Shown here piece after piece: positions 11,166 through 20,608 of a stretch of 39,480 nucleotides of DNA. The position numbers and the translations under genes are program-made. The notes under the pieces are model-generated. The model saw nothing but the letters and a program-made list of their open reading frames with translations, was not told where the DNA came from and ran no database searches. The stretch comes from an uncultured Candidatus Rokubacteria bacterium (GTDB lineage Bacteria > Methylomirabilota > Methylomirabilia > Rokubacteriales > CSP1-6). The stretch spans positions 1-39,480 of the forward strand of contig CAVVEU010000006.1 in NCBI GenBank assembly GCA_963747235.1, written 5' to 3'. Numbering within the stretch: position 1 is the stretch's first letter; every line of letters begins with the position of its first letter.

Positions 11166-11660
11166 TCAGTCGTCCGGCCGGGCGAAGTACAGCGCCCCGA
11201 CCAGCGCGGCCAGGAGCAGCACGCCCAGCAGCTCGAAGGGCAGCACGTAGGTCGTGAGCAGGCTCTGGCCGATCGCGCGCGTGAGGTCGCCGGTCACCGC
11301 GGGCCGCGGCACGGTGAGCGGGCTCCGGCGGAAGACCGCGAGGAGGGCCGCCAGCAGGGCGCCCGAGAGAATGAAGCCGGTCAGGATCTGGCGGCTCGTC
11401 TGCGTGATGCGGTCGCCCACCAGCCGCTCCGTCACCACGATGGCGAAGACCGCGATGGTGACCACGCCGCCCGCGTAGAGCAGGAGCTGGACCGCGGCCA
11501 GGAACTCGGCGTCGAGCGAGAGGAACACGCCGGCGGTGGCGGTCAGCGAGAGGGCCAGGTAGAGCACCGAGTGGAAGAGATTCCGGGTCAGCACCACCGC
11601 CAGAGACGAGGCCAGCAGCACCACCGCCAGGCCCCAGAACGCGATCGGCTCGATGCTCAC
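11166..11660 (-). CDS. nuoJ: NADH-quinone oxidoreductase subunit J
   Basis: AEFLAAVQLLLYAGGV, YVLPFEL. Confidence 0.93.
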   Translation of the reverse strand: MSIEPIAFWGLAVVLLASSLAVVLTRNLFHSVLYLALSLTATAGVFLSLDAEFLAAVQLLLYAGGVVTIAVFAIVVTERLVGDRITQTSRQILTGFILSGALLAALLAVFRRSPLTVPRPAVTGDLTRAIGQSLLTTYVLPFELLGVLLLAALVGALYFARPDD

Positions 11661-12216
11661 TCGGCCGCGCCTCCGCCTTCGGCGCGGCGGCGCGCCTCCG
11701 CTTGGGCGCCTTGGGCGGCGTCTGCATGTCGCGCAGCAGGTTGCCGGTGGCCCACGAGGGCTCGAACTGCAGCCCGATGGTGTGCAGGCGGTCCTTGTCG
11801 AGCAGGAGCTCCCGCCGGTCGGCGGTCGACATGTCGAACGACTTCATCATGATGATGGCGTCGGTGGGGCACACCTGCACGCACAGCTCGCAGAACTCGC
11901 ACGCGTAGAGCTCGAGCGTGAAGACCTTGGCGAAGTTGCGCTTCTCCGCCTTGAGCATCTCGACCTTGATGACCTGGGGCGGGCAGATGTACTCGCAGAG
12001 CCGGCAGCCGATGCAGTTCTCCTCGCCGGTCTCCTTGTCGTAGGTGAGCGCGAGCAGGCCGCGGTAGCGGTCCGGATAGTTCCGCGTCTTGTCCGGATAG
12101 TGGACGGTCACCGGGCGGCGGAACAGGTTGATGAAGGTGACCTTCATCGCCCGCGGCACCGCGATGCAGAGGCGGAAGAAGTCGCGCCAGAAGCTCTCGC
12201 CGAGCCGCTTAGCCAC
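11657..12216 (-). CDS. nuoI: NADH-quinone oxidoreductase subunit I; frame error in the C-terminal tail
   Basis: Two [4Fe-4S] motifs CIGCRLCEYICP and CEFCELCVQVCP; likely stop is the TGA at 11657-11659 overlapping the nuoJ start. Confidence 0.9.
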
Positions 12217-13201
12217 CGGGCGCCCCCTGCAGCGCGACCACCACCGCGGTCGCCATCAGGAGGAGGAGGGCGGCGGGCATCAGGAACTTCCAGGAAATGG
12301 CAAGGATCTGGTCGGCCCGGATGCGCACGAAGCTCCAGCGGATCCAGGTCACCACCAGGAAGACGAGCATGGCCTTGAACGTGAACCACAGGGCGCCCAC
12401 CCACGGCGAGCCGTCCGACCCCGGCCCGGCCCACGCGCCCAGGAAGAGGAGCGCGCCCAGGTACGAGGTGGCGATCATGTGGGCGTACTCGCCGAGCTGG
12501 ATCAGCGCGAACTTCATGCCCGAGTACTCGACGCGGAAGCCCGCGACCAGCTCGGACTCGGCCTCCAGGATGTCGAAGGGCACGCGGTTCTCGGCGGCCA
12601 GGGTGGCGACGATGTAGAAGAGAAACGCGATCGTGCCGAGCGGGAACCACGCCGCGTACCAGAGGCCCGCCTGGGCCTCCGCGATGTCGGAGAGCTTCAG
12701 CGACCCGGCCAGCAGTACGGGCACCAGCGCCACGAAGATGAAGGGCAGGTCGTAGGAGATGATCTGGTTCACCGCCCGCATCGCGGAGAGCAGCGCGTAC
12801 TTGTTGTTGGAGCCCCAGCCGCCCATGAAGAGCCCGACGATCTCCATGGCCGAGACCGCGAGGAAGAAGAGGATGCCGATGTTGAGATCGGCGATCCCCA
12901 GGCCCGGCGCGAAGGGCAGCGTGGCGAAGATCAGCATGCACGGGACGAGGAAGACGATCGGGGCCAGGTTGTAGACGGACCGGTCGGCGGCCCGCGGCAC
13001 CACGTCCTCCTTCATCATGAGCTTGAGCGCGTCCGCGATGGGCTGGAGCAGGCCGTGCGGGCCGACCCGGTACGGGCCGATGCGCGACTGCATCCGCGCC
13101 GCGAACTTCCGCTCGAGCAGCGTGACGTAGGTGACCATGCCGATGATCACGTTCAGCACGATGAACGCGACGATGAACGCGTTGACCGTCTCCGCGATCA
13201 T
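12209..13201 (-). CDS. nuoH: NADH-quinone oxidoreductase subunit H
   Basis: [50 protein letters not shown]; GAGG RBS. Confidence 0.95.
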   Translation of the reverse strand: MIAETVNAFIVAFIVLNVIIGMVTYVTLLERKFAARMQSRIGPYRVGPHGLLQPIADALKLMMKEDVVPRAADRSVYNLAPIVFLVPCMLIFATLPFAPGLGIADLNIGILFFLAVSAMEIVGLFMGGWGSNNKYALLSAMRAVNQIISYDLPFIFVALVPVLLAGSLKLSDIAEAQAGLWYAAWFPLGTIAFLFYIVATLAAENRVPFDILEAESELVAGFRVEYSGMKFALIQLGEYAHMIATSYLGALLFLGAWAGPGSDGSPWVGALWFTFKAMLVFLVVTWIRWSFVRIRADQILAISWKFLMPAALLLLMATAVVVALQGAPGG

Positions 13202-13213
13202 TGGGGACCTCGC

Positions 13214-13302
13214 CTGATCGGTGCTTGAACCCGTCCATCGTTGTAGGCGGGGGCCCAGAAATGGCCCCCGCACTCCCCCAGATGGCGGACAACCGTGATC
13301 AG
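13214..13302. repeat. Nested palindromic intergenic element between nuoD and nuoH
   Basis: GCGGGGGCC-cagaaat-GGCCCCCGC followed by ACTCCCCCA, flanked by further imperfect inverted repeats (CCATC/GATGG, CTGATC/GATCAG). Confidence 0.6.
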
Positions 13303-13308
13303 CATCGT

Positions 13309-14469
13309 CTAGCGGTCGACCTCGCCGAAGACGGGGTCGACCGAGCCCATGATCGCGACCACGTCGGCCACCCGGCAGCCGATCAGGATGTGCGGCAGCA
13401 CCGAGAGATTGGAGAAGGAGGCCCCGCGCCACTTCATGCGATAGGGCTTGGCCCCGCCGTCGGAGATGAGGTAGCAGCCCACCTCGCCGCGGGGCCCTTC
13501 CACGCGCGCGTAGCCCTCGCCCTTGGCGATGCGCACCTGACCCACCGACTTGACGCCGGGGCGGGAGGAGACCGGCCCCTCGGGCAGCCCGTCGAGCGCC
13601 TGCCGCACGATGCTGATCGACTCGCGGAACTCGACCATCCGCACGCGGTAGCGGGCGTAGCAATCGCCCGCCGTCTCCACCGGCACCTTGAAGTCGAAAT
13701 CCTCGTAGGAGGAGTAGGGCTCGAGCCGCCGGATGTCGTAGCTCACCCCGGAGCCGCGAATGAGCGGCCCGGAGATGCCGACGGTCTGGGCCAGCTCGCG
13801 CGAGATCGTGCCCACGCCCTGGGTGCGGGCCTGGAAGAAGGCGTTCCGCTCCAGCATGTCCTCGTACTCGTCGAGGCGCTTCTCGACCAGCGTGATCGTC
13901 TCGCGGCACTTCTGGGCCCACCCGGCCGGGATGTCGTAGCGGGTGCCGCCCACCTGGTGGAACCCGTAGAGCAGCCGCGCGCCGACGAGGGCCTCGAAGA
14001 GATCGAGCACCCACTCGCGCTCCCGGATGCAGTAGAGGAACACGGTCGCGCCGCCGCCCAGCGCGCCGCCCATGTCCAGACACCAGGTGCCGAGCCAGAG
14101 GCAGTGCGAGGCGACGCGCTGCAGCTCGGCCACGATCACGCGCAGGTACTGGGCGCGCCGCGGCACCTCGACCTTGCCCACCATCTCGGCCGCGCGCACG
14201 TAGGCCAGCTCGCTGGTCATGGCGGCCACGTAGTCGGTCTTGGACGCGATCGAGGGGTACTGGGTGTAGGTGAGCGACTCGCCGAGCTTCTCGTGGCAGC
14301 GGTGCAGATAGCCGATCACCGCGTCCACCCCCATCACCGTCTCGCCCTCGAGGGTGAGGATCGCGCGGAAGACTCCGTGGGCGGACGGGTGCTGCGGCCC
14401 CATGTTCATCGTGAGGCGCTCGCTGCCCCCGTAGCCCAGCTCGATGACTTTCCTTGCTTCTGGGTCCAT
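13309..14469 (-). CDS. nuoD: NADH-quinone oxidoreductase subunit D
   Basis: NMGPQHPSAHGVFR, GYLHR, VEGPRGE, C-terminal GEVDR; no NiFe-binding CxxC motifs. Confidence 0.94.
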   Translation of the reverse strand: MDPEARKVIELGYGGSERLTMNMGPQHPSAHGVFRAILTLEGETVMGVDAVIGYLHRCHEKLGESLTYTQYPSIASKTDYVAAMTSELAYVRAAEMVGKVEVPRRAQYLRVIVAELQRVASHCLWLGTWCLDMGGALGGGATVFLYCIREREWVLDLFEALVGARLLYGFHQVGGTRYDIPAGWAQKCRETITLVEKRLDEYEDMLERNAFFQARTQGVGTISRELAQTVGISGPLIRGSGVSYDIRRLEPYSSYEDFDFKVPVETAGDCYARYRVRMVEFRESISIVRQALDGLPEGPVSSRPGVKSVGQVRIAKGEGYARVEGPRGEVGCYLISDGGAKPYRMKWRGASFSNLSVLPHILIGCRVADVVAIMGSVDPVFGEVDR

Positions 14470-14477
14470 GAAATGGG

Positions 14478-15113
14478 CTAGCGCATCGGGGAGAAGGGCG
14501 CGGGGTTCAGGACGATGGCCTGCATGGTGGCGAGCAGCGGGGTGGACTTGCCGAGGAAGGTCTGCCACTCCGGCTCCGGCGCCATCTTGGCCCGGGCCGC
14601 CGCGCGATCGTTCAGGTCGCGATAGACCCACATGTGCACGACCTCGTTGAGCTGGCCCGCTTCCGTCTGCCAGACCCCGACGCGGCGGGTGAACTTGTCC
14701 CGGAACGGCAGGATGTCCTTGAAGAGGCCGAGCCACTCGCCCGCCTTGCCCACGTGCGCGCGGTACCAGCGCAGCTCGTAGACGTTGCCGGTGTCCGCGG
14801 GCGGCGTCATCGGCACGACCGCGGAGAGGATCTTGTTCTCCTGGGCCAGCATCATCGGCCGGATCTTCGGGATGTACTCCTTGGTCCACGCCTCGTCCTT
14901 CGCGAGCGCGGCCCGCAGCTTCTCGCGCTCGTTGAGGTCGGCGTAGCTCCAGAGGTGCACGAGCTGGTTCAGCGTGCCGAACTCGGTGGACCAGTAGCCC
15001 TCGAGCTTGCCGTACTTGTCCCCGCGGATCTTGCGGCCGATCTCCCCGTTCAGCTTCAGGTACTCGCCCTGCTTGCCCGGCATCAGCGTGTACGTGCGCA
15101 GCTCGTAGATCAT
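14478..15113 (-). CDS. NIPSNAP family protein, two tandem domains
   Basis: YELRTYTL.PGK...G.LNQLVHLWSY.DL..R, repeated as YELRWY...GQLNEVVHMWVY.DL..R; ends FSPMR. Confidence 0.9.
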   Translation of the reverse strand: MIYELRTYTLMPGKQGEYLKLNGEIGRKIRGDKYGKLEGYWSTEFGTLNQLVHLWSYADLNEREKLRAALAKDEAWTKEYIPKIRPMMLAQENKILSAVVPMTPPADTGNVYELRWYRAHVGKAGEWLGLFKDILPFRDKFTRRVGVWQTEAGQLNEVVHMWVYRDLNDRAAARAKMAPEPEWQTFLGKSTPLLATMQAIVLNPAPFSPMR

Positions 15114-15128
15114 GGGATCAGCCTCCGG

Positions 15129-15581
15129 TCAGCGGTACGGCGGGTGAGGAGTGTCGACCGCGTAGGACTTCAGCAGCGGATGGCCCTCCCAGTCCTGGGG
15201 CAGGAGGATGCGCCGCAGGTCCGGGTGCCCCTCGAAGCGGATGCCGAACATGTCGTAGCACTCGCGCTCCATCCACTCGGCGCCGCGGTACAGCGGCACG
15301 AGCGAGGCGCAGGCCGACTGGCCCGCCCCGAGCCGGGTCTTCATCATGAGGGCGAGCCCCACGTCGAGATTCTCGACGCGCGTCACCACCTCGAGCCCCT
15401 GCTCCTTCCAGTCCACCGCGCTCAGGAAGTTGAAGTAGAGGCAGCCGAGCGTTTCCTTGGCGAACCCGGCCAGCTCCGCCCAGCGATCGGGCGGGACCGA
15501 CACCGTGAGGAGGGGCCCGTCCCCCTCGGCGGCCACCCCGAAGCGCTCCTGGATCCTCGCTCGTGCCTGGTCGTGGATCAC
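15129..15581 (-). CDS. nuoC: NADH-quinone oxidoreductase subunit C
   Basis: AVDW, WMERECYDMFGIRFEGHPDLRRILLP..WEGHPL.K. Confidence 0.94.
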   Translation of the reverse strand: MIHDQARARIQERFGVAAEGDGPLLTVSVPPDRWAELAGFAKETLGCLYFNFLSAVDWKEQGLEVVTRVENLDVGLALMMKTRLGAGQSACASLVPLYRGAEWMERECYDMFGIRFEGHPDLRRILLPQDWEGHPLLKSYAVDTPHPPYR

Positions 15582-15585
15582 GCGC

Positions 15586-16214
<629 letters not shown>

Positions 16215-16224
<10 letters not shown>

Positions 16225-16568
16225 TCGAGTATCCCCTCCCTATAGGCATACACCCAGCCCAGCGAGAGGATGCCCATGAAGAGGCCCATGGTCCCGACCG
16301 CCCAGAGGCCGAAGCCGCGCAGCACGAGGGCCCAGGGGAAGAGGAACACCGCGAGGGCGTCGAAGACGATGAAGATGAGCGCCACGAGGTAGAACGCCAC
16401 CGGAAACTGGACCCACGCCTCGCCGATCGGCTCGGCGCCGCACTCGTAGTTCTCGAGCTTGCTCCAGTAGGGCCGGGCCGGACGGAGCACCGCGGCCATT
16501 CCCAGGGAGACCACCGCGAAGGCGACGATCAGGCCCAGAAACATGACGACGGGGAGATACCCGGCCAC
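16215..16568 (-). CDS. nuoA: NADH-quinone oxidoreductase subunit A
   Basis: [26 protein letters not shown]; GTG start after AGGAGG. Confidence 0.94.
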
Positions 16569-16603
16569 ACGTGCCTCCTGCTGATTGACTTCAAACCCCG
16601 CGG

Positions 16604-16612
16604 AGTATAACA
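16604..16612 (-). promoter_or_regulatory. Putative extended -10 promoter of the nuo operon
   Basis: TGTTATACT (TGn-TATACT) ~35 nt upstream of nuoA. Confidence 0.5.
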
Positions 16613-16804
16613 CATGCTGCCCGGTCGACCCGCGGACGGCGGCGGCAGGATCATCTCGCCACGTGTTTGGTCATGTCGTCCCGATCTGTTCGTCTTTCTT
16701 CTAATCCGTCATCCCAATTACGCAAATTGACACCTGATCACGAGACAGACCCGCCGATCGGGTCGGAAGACCGCGATTCAGCGACGCTTCCAGCCGCGCA
16801 ACTC

Positions 16805-16820
16805 TGGCACTTGGGTTGCT
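16805..16820 (+). promoter_or_regulatory. Sigma54 -24/-12 promoter
   Basis: TGGCAC-TTGGG-TTGCT matches TGGCAC-N5-TTGCW. Confidence 0.7.
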
Positions 16821-16867
16821 TGCCCTTAGCGCGCCAACCTGAACCCTCTTCACGCGATGGGAGACAA

Positions 16868-18652
16868 GTGAGCGGCGACGATCTGAACCGGGAAATCGCT
16901 TTCGCAGGCCAGCGGGTCAAGCAGAAGGTCATCTTCGCCCTCACCCTCGCCTCGGTCATCCCGCTGCTGATCCTGACCTACGCCTTCCAGGCGCCCGTCC
17001 GGGTGATGCTCGGGCCCATCAGCCAGTACACCGAGGCCTTCACGATGCCCGCGCTGCTCCTCTTCACCGGCCTGCTCATGGCGGGGGGCGGCTTCGTGGT
17101 GTGGGACGTGGCCTCGGCCATCTCCCGGGCGGCGCACCTGGCCACCGCCACCAAGGTCGCGGACCTGCCCACGGTACCGACGCGCAAGGACGAGATCGGC
17201 ACGCTCATGACCTCGTTCGCCAAGATGCTCGCCACCATCGAGCAGCAGACGGACGAGATCAACCAGTTCCCGCGCCGGCTCGACCAGCTCGCCCGCCAGG
17301 CGTTCCGCGACTCGCTGACCAGCCTGCCCAATCGCTCGCTGTTCATGGACCGCCTCGCCCACGCCCTCACCCGCACCGAGCGGCGCGGCGAGCAGCTCGC
17401 GATCCTCTTCCTCGATCTCGATCGCTTCAAGGTCGTCAACGACAGCCTGGGCCACGGCGTCGGCGATCAGCTTCTGATCGGGGTCAGCCAGCGGCTGGCG
17501 TCGTGCCTGCGGCCCGAGGACACGATCGCCCGGCTGGGCGGCGACGAGTTCGCGATCCTGATCGAGGACGTCAAGGACGACAAGGCGCCCTCGGCGGTGG
17601 CGGATCGCCTCACCGGCGAGCTGCAGCAGCCGTTCACCGTCGAGGGCCGCGAGGTGGTGATCACGGTGAGCATCGGCATCGCGATGAGCACCGCCAAGCG
17701 CATGACCCCCGAGGACATCCTGCGCGACGCCGATCTGGCCATGTACCACGCCAAGGGCAAGGGCAAGGCGCGCTACGAGATCTTCGACAAGAGCATGAAC
17801 GCGCCCGCGCAGGAGCGCATGGATCTCGAGCTCGACCTGCGAAACGCCGTCGCGCGCGGGGAGTTCATCCTGCACTACCAGCCGATCCTCGAGCTGCCGA
17901 CCGGGCGCATCGTGGAGATGGAAGCGCTCGTCCGCTGGAAGCATCCGCAGCGCGGCCTGCTCTTCCCGGGTGACTTCGTGGGCCTCTCCGAGGAGACGGG
18001 CCTCATCGTCCCCCTCGGGCGCTGGGTGCTCAACGAGGCCTGCCGTCAGACGCGCCAGTGGCAGCTCGCCACGCCGGGGTCGACCCTGGCGATCAGCGTC
18101 AACCTCTCCGCGCGCCAGCTCCAGCAGCCCGGCCTCGTGGAGGAGATCGCGGCGGCGCTGCGCGAGACGCGCCTCGACCCGGGCGCGCTGCGCCTGGAGA
18201 TCACCGAGACGGTGGTCATGCACGACGCGCCGACCACCCTCGCCAAGCTCGAGGCGCTGAAGGCGCTCGGCGTGCAGCTCGCCATCGACGACTTCGGCAC
18301 CGGCTACTCGTCGCTCGGCTATCTCAAGCGCTTCCCGGTGGACACGCTCAAGATCGACCGGTCATTCGTGAAGGGCATCGGCCAGAACGTGGAGGACAGC
18401 GCGATCGTGCGCGCGGTCATCACGGTGGCCAAGAGCCTCGGCCTCTCGGTGACCGCCGAGGGGATCGAGAGCGCCGACCAGCTCGAGCACCTCCGCGCGC
18501 TCGGCTGCGACCACGGCCAGGGCTACTACTTCGCGAAGCCGATGCCGAGCGATCGCGTGCCCGCCATGCTGGTGACGACCGCGCCCTGGGACGGGCAGCT
18601 TCCGCCCAGCCCCCTGCTGGTCAACGGCAACCCGACCTCGAACGGACATTAG
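16868..18652 (+). CDS. Membrane-anchored GGDEF-EAL diguanylate cyclase/phosphodiesterase
   Basis: Two TM helices, HAMP-like DEIG segment, RPED I-site plus GGDEF, EAL and DDFGTGYSS; GTG start after GGGAGA. Confidence 0.93.
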   Translation: MSGDDLNREIAFAGQRVKQKVIFALTLASVIPLLILTYAFQAPVRVMLGPISQYTEAFTMPALLLFTGLLMAGGGFVVWDVASAISRAAHLATATKVADLPTVPTRKDEIGTLMTSFAKMLATIEQQTDEINQFPRRLDQLARQAFRDSLTSLPNRSLFMDRLAHALTRTERRGEQLAILFLDLDRFKVVNDSLGHGVGDQLLIGVSQRLASCLRPEDTIARLGGDEFAILIEDVKDDKAPSAVADRLTGELQQPFTVEGREVVITVSIGIAMSTAKRMTPEDILRDADLAMYHAKGKGKARYEIFDKSMNAPAQERMDLELDLRNAVARGEFILHYQPILELPTGRIVEMEALVRWKHPQRGLLFPGDFVGLSEETGLIVPLGRWVLNEACRQTRQWQLATPGSTLAISVNLSARQLQQPGLVEEIAAALRETRLDPGALRLEITETVVMHDAPTTLAKLEALKALGVQLAIDDFGTGYSSLGYLKRFPVDTLKIDRSFVKGIGQNVEDSAIVRAVITVAKSLGLSVTAEGIESADQLEHLRALGCDHGQGYYFAKPMPSDRVPAMLVTTAPWDGQLPPSPLLVNGNPTSNGH

Positions 18653-18653
18653 C

Positions 18654-18730
18654 TCGGAGGGGGGCTCCCGCCCCCCTTCCGAACCTCCCCCCAAGCGGAA
18701 TGCGCGGGCGGAGCCCGCGCTCGGAGCGGA
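18654..18730. repeat. Double-hairpin REP-like element between convergent genes
   Basis: TCGGAGGGGGGC..GCCCCCCTTCCGA plus ACCTCCCCCCA tail, then GCGCGGGC-gga-GCCCGCGC. Confidence 0.6.
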
Positions 18731-18732
18731 CT

Positions 18733-19915
18733 CTACTGGCGCGGGGCGGTGCGGATGCCGGCGGGACCGCCGTTGGTCTTGATGCGCTGCCCGGTATCTT
18801 GCAGAGTCGAGCCGTCCCACCGCAGCACCTGGATGTCCTTGTCCCCCATGTTCTGCACCAGGATCGTGCCGGCTGTCCGCCGAGAAGGCGATGCCCTGCG
18901 ACCAGCGCCCGATCCACGCCGCGGCCGCGGGCACGAGCTTCGTGCCGTCCACCCGGTAGAGCAGCAGCTTGCCGTTGGCGTTGTAGAAGGGCGACTCGCG
19001 CGGCTTGTTGCTGCCGTTCATCACCACCACCGCGCACAGCTTGCCGTCGGGCGACAGCGCGATGCCCTCGGGCGTCTGGCCGACCACCACCGTCTCCACC
19101 ACCCGGAACGGCTGCGCCTGCAGGTCGATGACGCTCACCGTGTCGTTGTCGCCGTTGCCCCGCCCGATGTTCGCCACCACCGCGATCGAGCCGTCGGCGC
19201 TGACGTCGAGCCCGTACGGGCGCATCCCCGCGCTCAGGTCGCGCTTGCTGTGCTCCACCTTGGTGCCGTCCACGGTGAGAATGGAGATGAAGCTGTCGCC
19301 GTCGCGCGACACGAGCGCGGCCCGGCCGTCGCGGGTGAAGGCGGGCTGGCTCGGCCCCGACTTGTCGTCCCCCAGCCGCACCACGCTCGAGGGCGCCACC
19401 GTCTTGCCGTGGATGGTGAACACCGACACGGTGCCCTCGGCGCGGTTGGCCACCAGCGCGAGCGTGCCCTGCCGGTTGATCGACACGCCCGCCGCGCCCA
19501 TCCCCGCCTGGAGCGTCGCGATCACCGCCGGCGGCGTCGCGCGGAGATCCACCACGCTGACGCGATTGTCGGGAACGGTCTTGGTGGCGTCGGCCGGATC
19601 CTTCTTGGTCGACGAGGTCACGAGGGCGAGGCCCTGGTCCGGCGTGATCGCCACGCTCATCGGCGGGCCGACCACGCTGCCGGGCACCGGGATCTCCGCG
19701 ATCACCTTCGGTGGCGTCACGCCGAGATCGATGATGGTCACGGTGTCGGCCGCCGCGTTGGGGACGACCTTGACCACCCCGTTGTCGAGAATGACCTTGT
19801 TGTCGTTCGACGAGACCGCCCACTGGGCCGGCGCGCCGGGCGGTAGCGCGAGCCCGATCAGCCCGATCGGAAGGAGCAGCAGGAGCGAGGTCCGGAGCAA
19901 ACCGCGTCGTGTCAT
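18733..19915 (-). CDS. Exported YncE/YVTN-like beta-propeller protein; +1 frameshift near 18870
   Basis: Signal peptide; repeated P..V.(S/T)PDG..A.V.N...TVSVID blades; C-terminus continues in the shifted frame to TAG at 18733. Confidence 0.82.
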
Positions 19916-19989
19916 GGGACCTCCCCTAGAGGGTTGGAGCGGGCCAGTCGTGAACTGGCGAGGACCATACTACGGCGGCGGCCGGCCCG

Positions 19990-20490
19990 CTACCGCGTCG
20001 TCGGGCGCGCGCCCAGCCCCATCACCCGGCCCACCTGCAGCGGCCGTGGCAGCCGGTCGTGCGCGCGCTGGATCTCGCCCAGGCGCTCGAGGATCTCGGG
20101 GGCCATCGGCGCGCCCCGCCGGGTCGCCTGGCTCACGTGCAGCGACATCAGCTCGTTGGTGGCGGCGAGATACCCCGCCTCCCCGTGAAGCATCTCGTGG
20201 ATGTAGTGGACGCGCTTCGTGTCGTGCGCCAGGAGCCGCGTGGTGAAGCGGAGCGGGTCGCCTTCGCGGACCTCGCGATGATAGGTGACGTGCGCTTCCA
20301 GGCAGAACGTGGTGACCTCCCGCGCCCGGCGATGCGCGGCGTCCAGGCCGATGCGCCGCATCCACTCGTCGGTGGCCAGGTCGAAGACCACCACGTAGTA
20401 GCCCATGTTCATGTGCCCGTTGTTGTCGATCCACTCCGGGCGGACCAGACACGTGTACTGCGATGCGATGACGTCGGCCGCCTCGGCGAT
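19990..20490 (-). CDS. Acyl-CoA thioesterase (4HBT-like hot-dog fold); start uncertain
   Basis: VRPEWIDNNGHMNMGYY motif, TFCLEAHVTY.REV; homology extends upstream of the first ATG (20412). Confidence 0.8.
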   Translation of the reverse strand: MAEAADVIASQYTCLVRPEWIDNNGHMNMGYYVVVFDLATDEWMRRIGLDAAHRRAREVTTFCLEAHVTYHREVREGDPLRFTTRLLAHDTKRVHYIHEMLHGEAGYLAATNELMSLHVSQATRRGAPMAPEILERLGEIQRAHDRLPRPLQVGRVMGLGARPTTR

Positions 20491-20608
20491 GGCTCCCTCC
20501 CGGGTACGAAGCTCGGATCGGGCTGTCCTGCCCGTCGCAGGATAGCCGGATCGGGGGATTTCCCGATAAATTCCGGCCTTCTATGCTTGAGGCCGGAGGT
20601 GACGCCCC

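Noticed and set aside
16613-16867. c-di-GMP riboswitch upstream of the GGDEF-EAL gene
   Set aside because: No recognisable class I/II motif by eye; a sigma54 promoter explains the region. An Rfam scan would settle it.
16667-16867. 67-aa N-terminal extension of the GGDEF-EAL protein
   Set aside because: It spans the predicted promoter and has atypical composition; the GTG at 16868 has an RBS.
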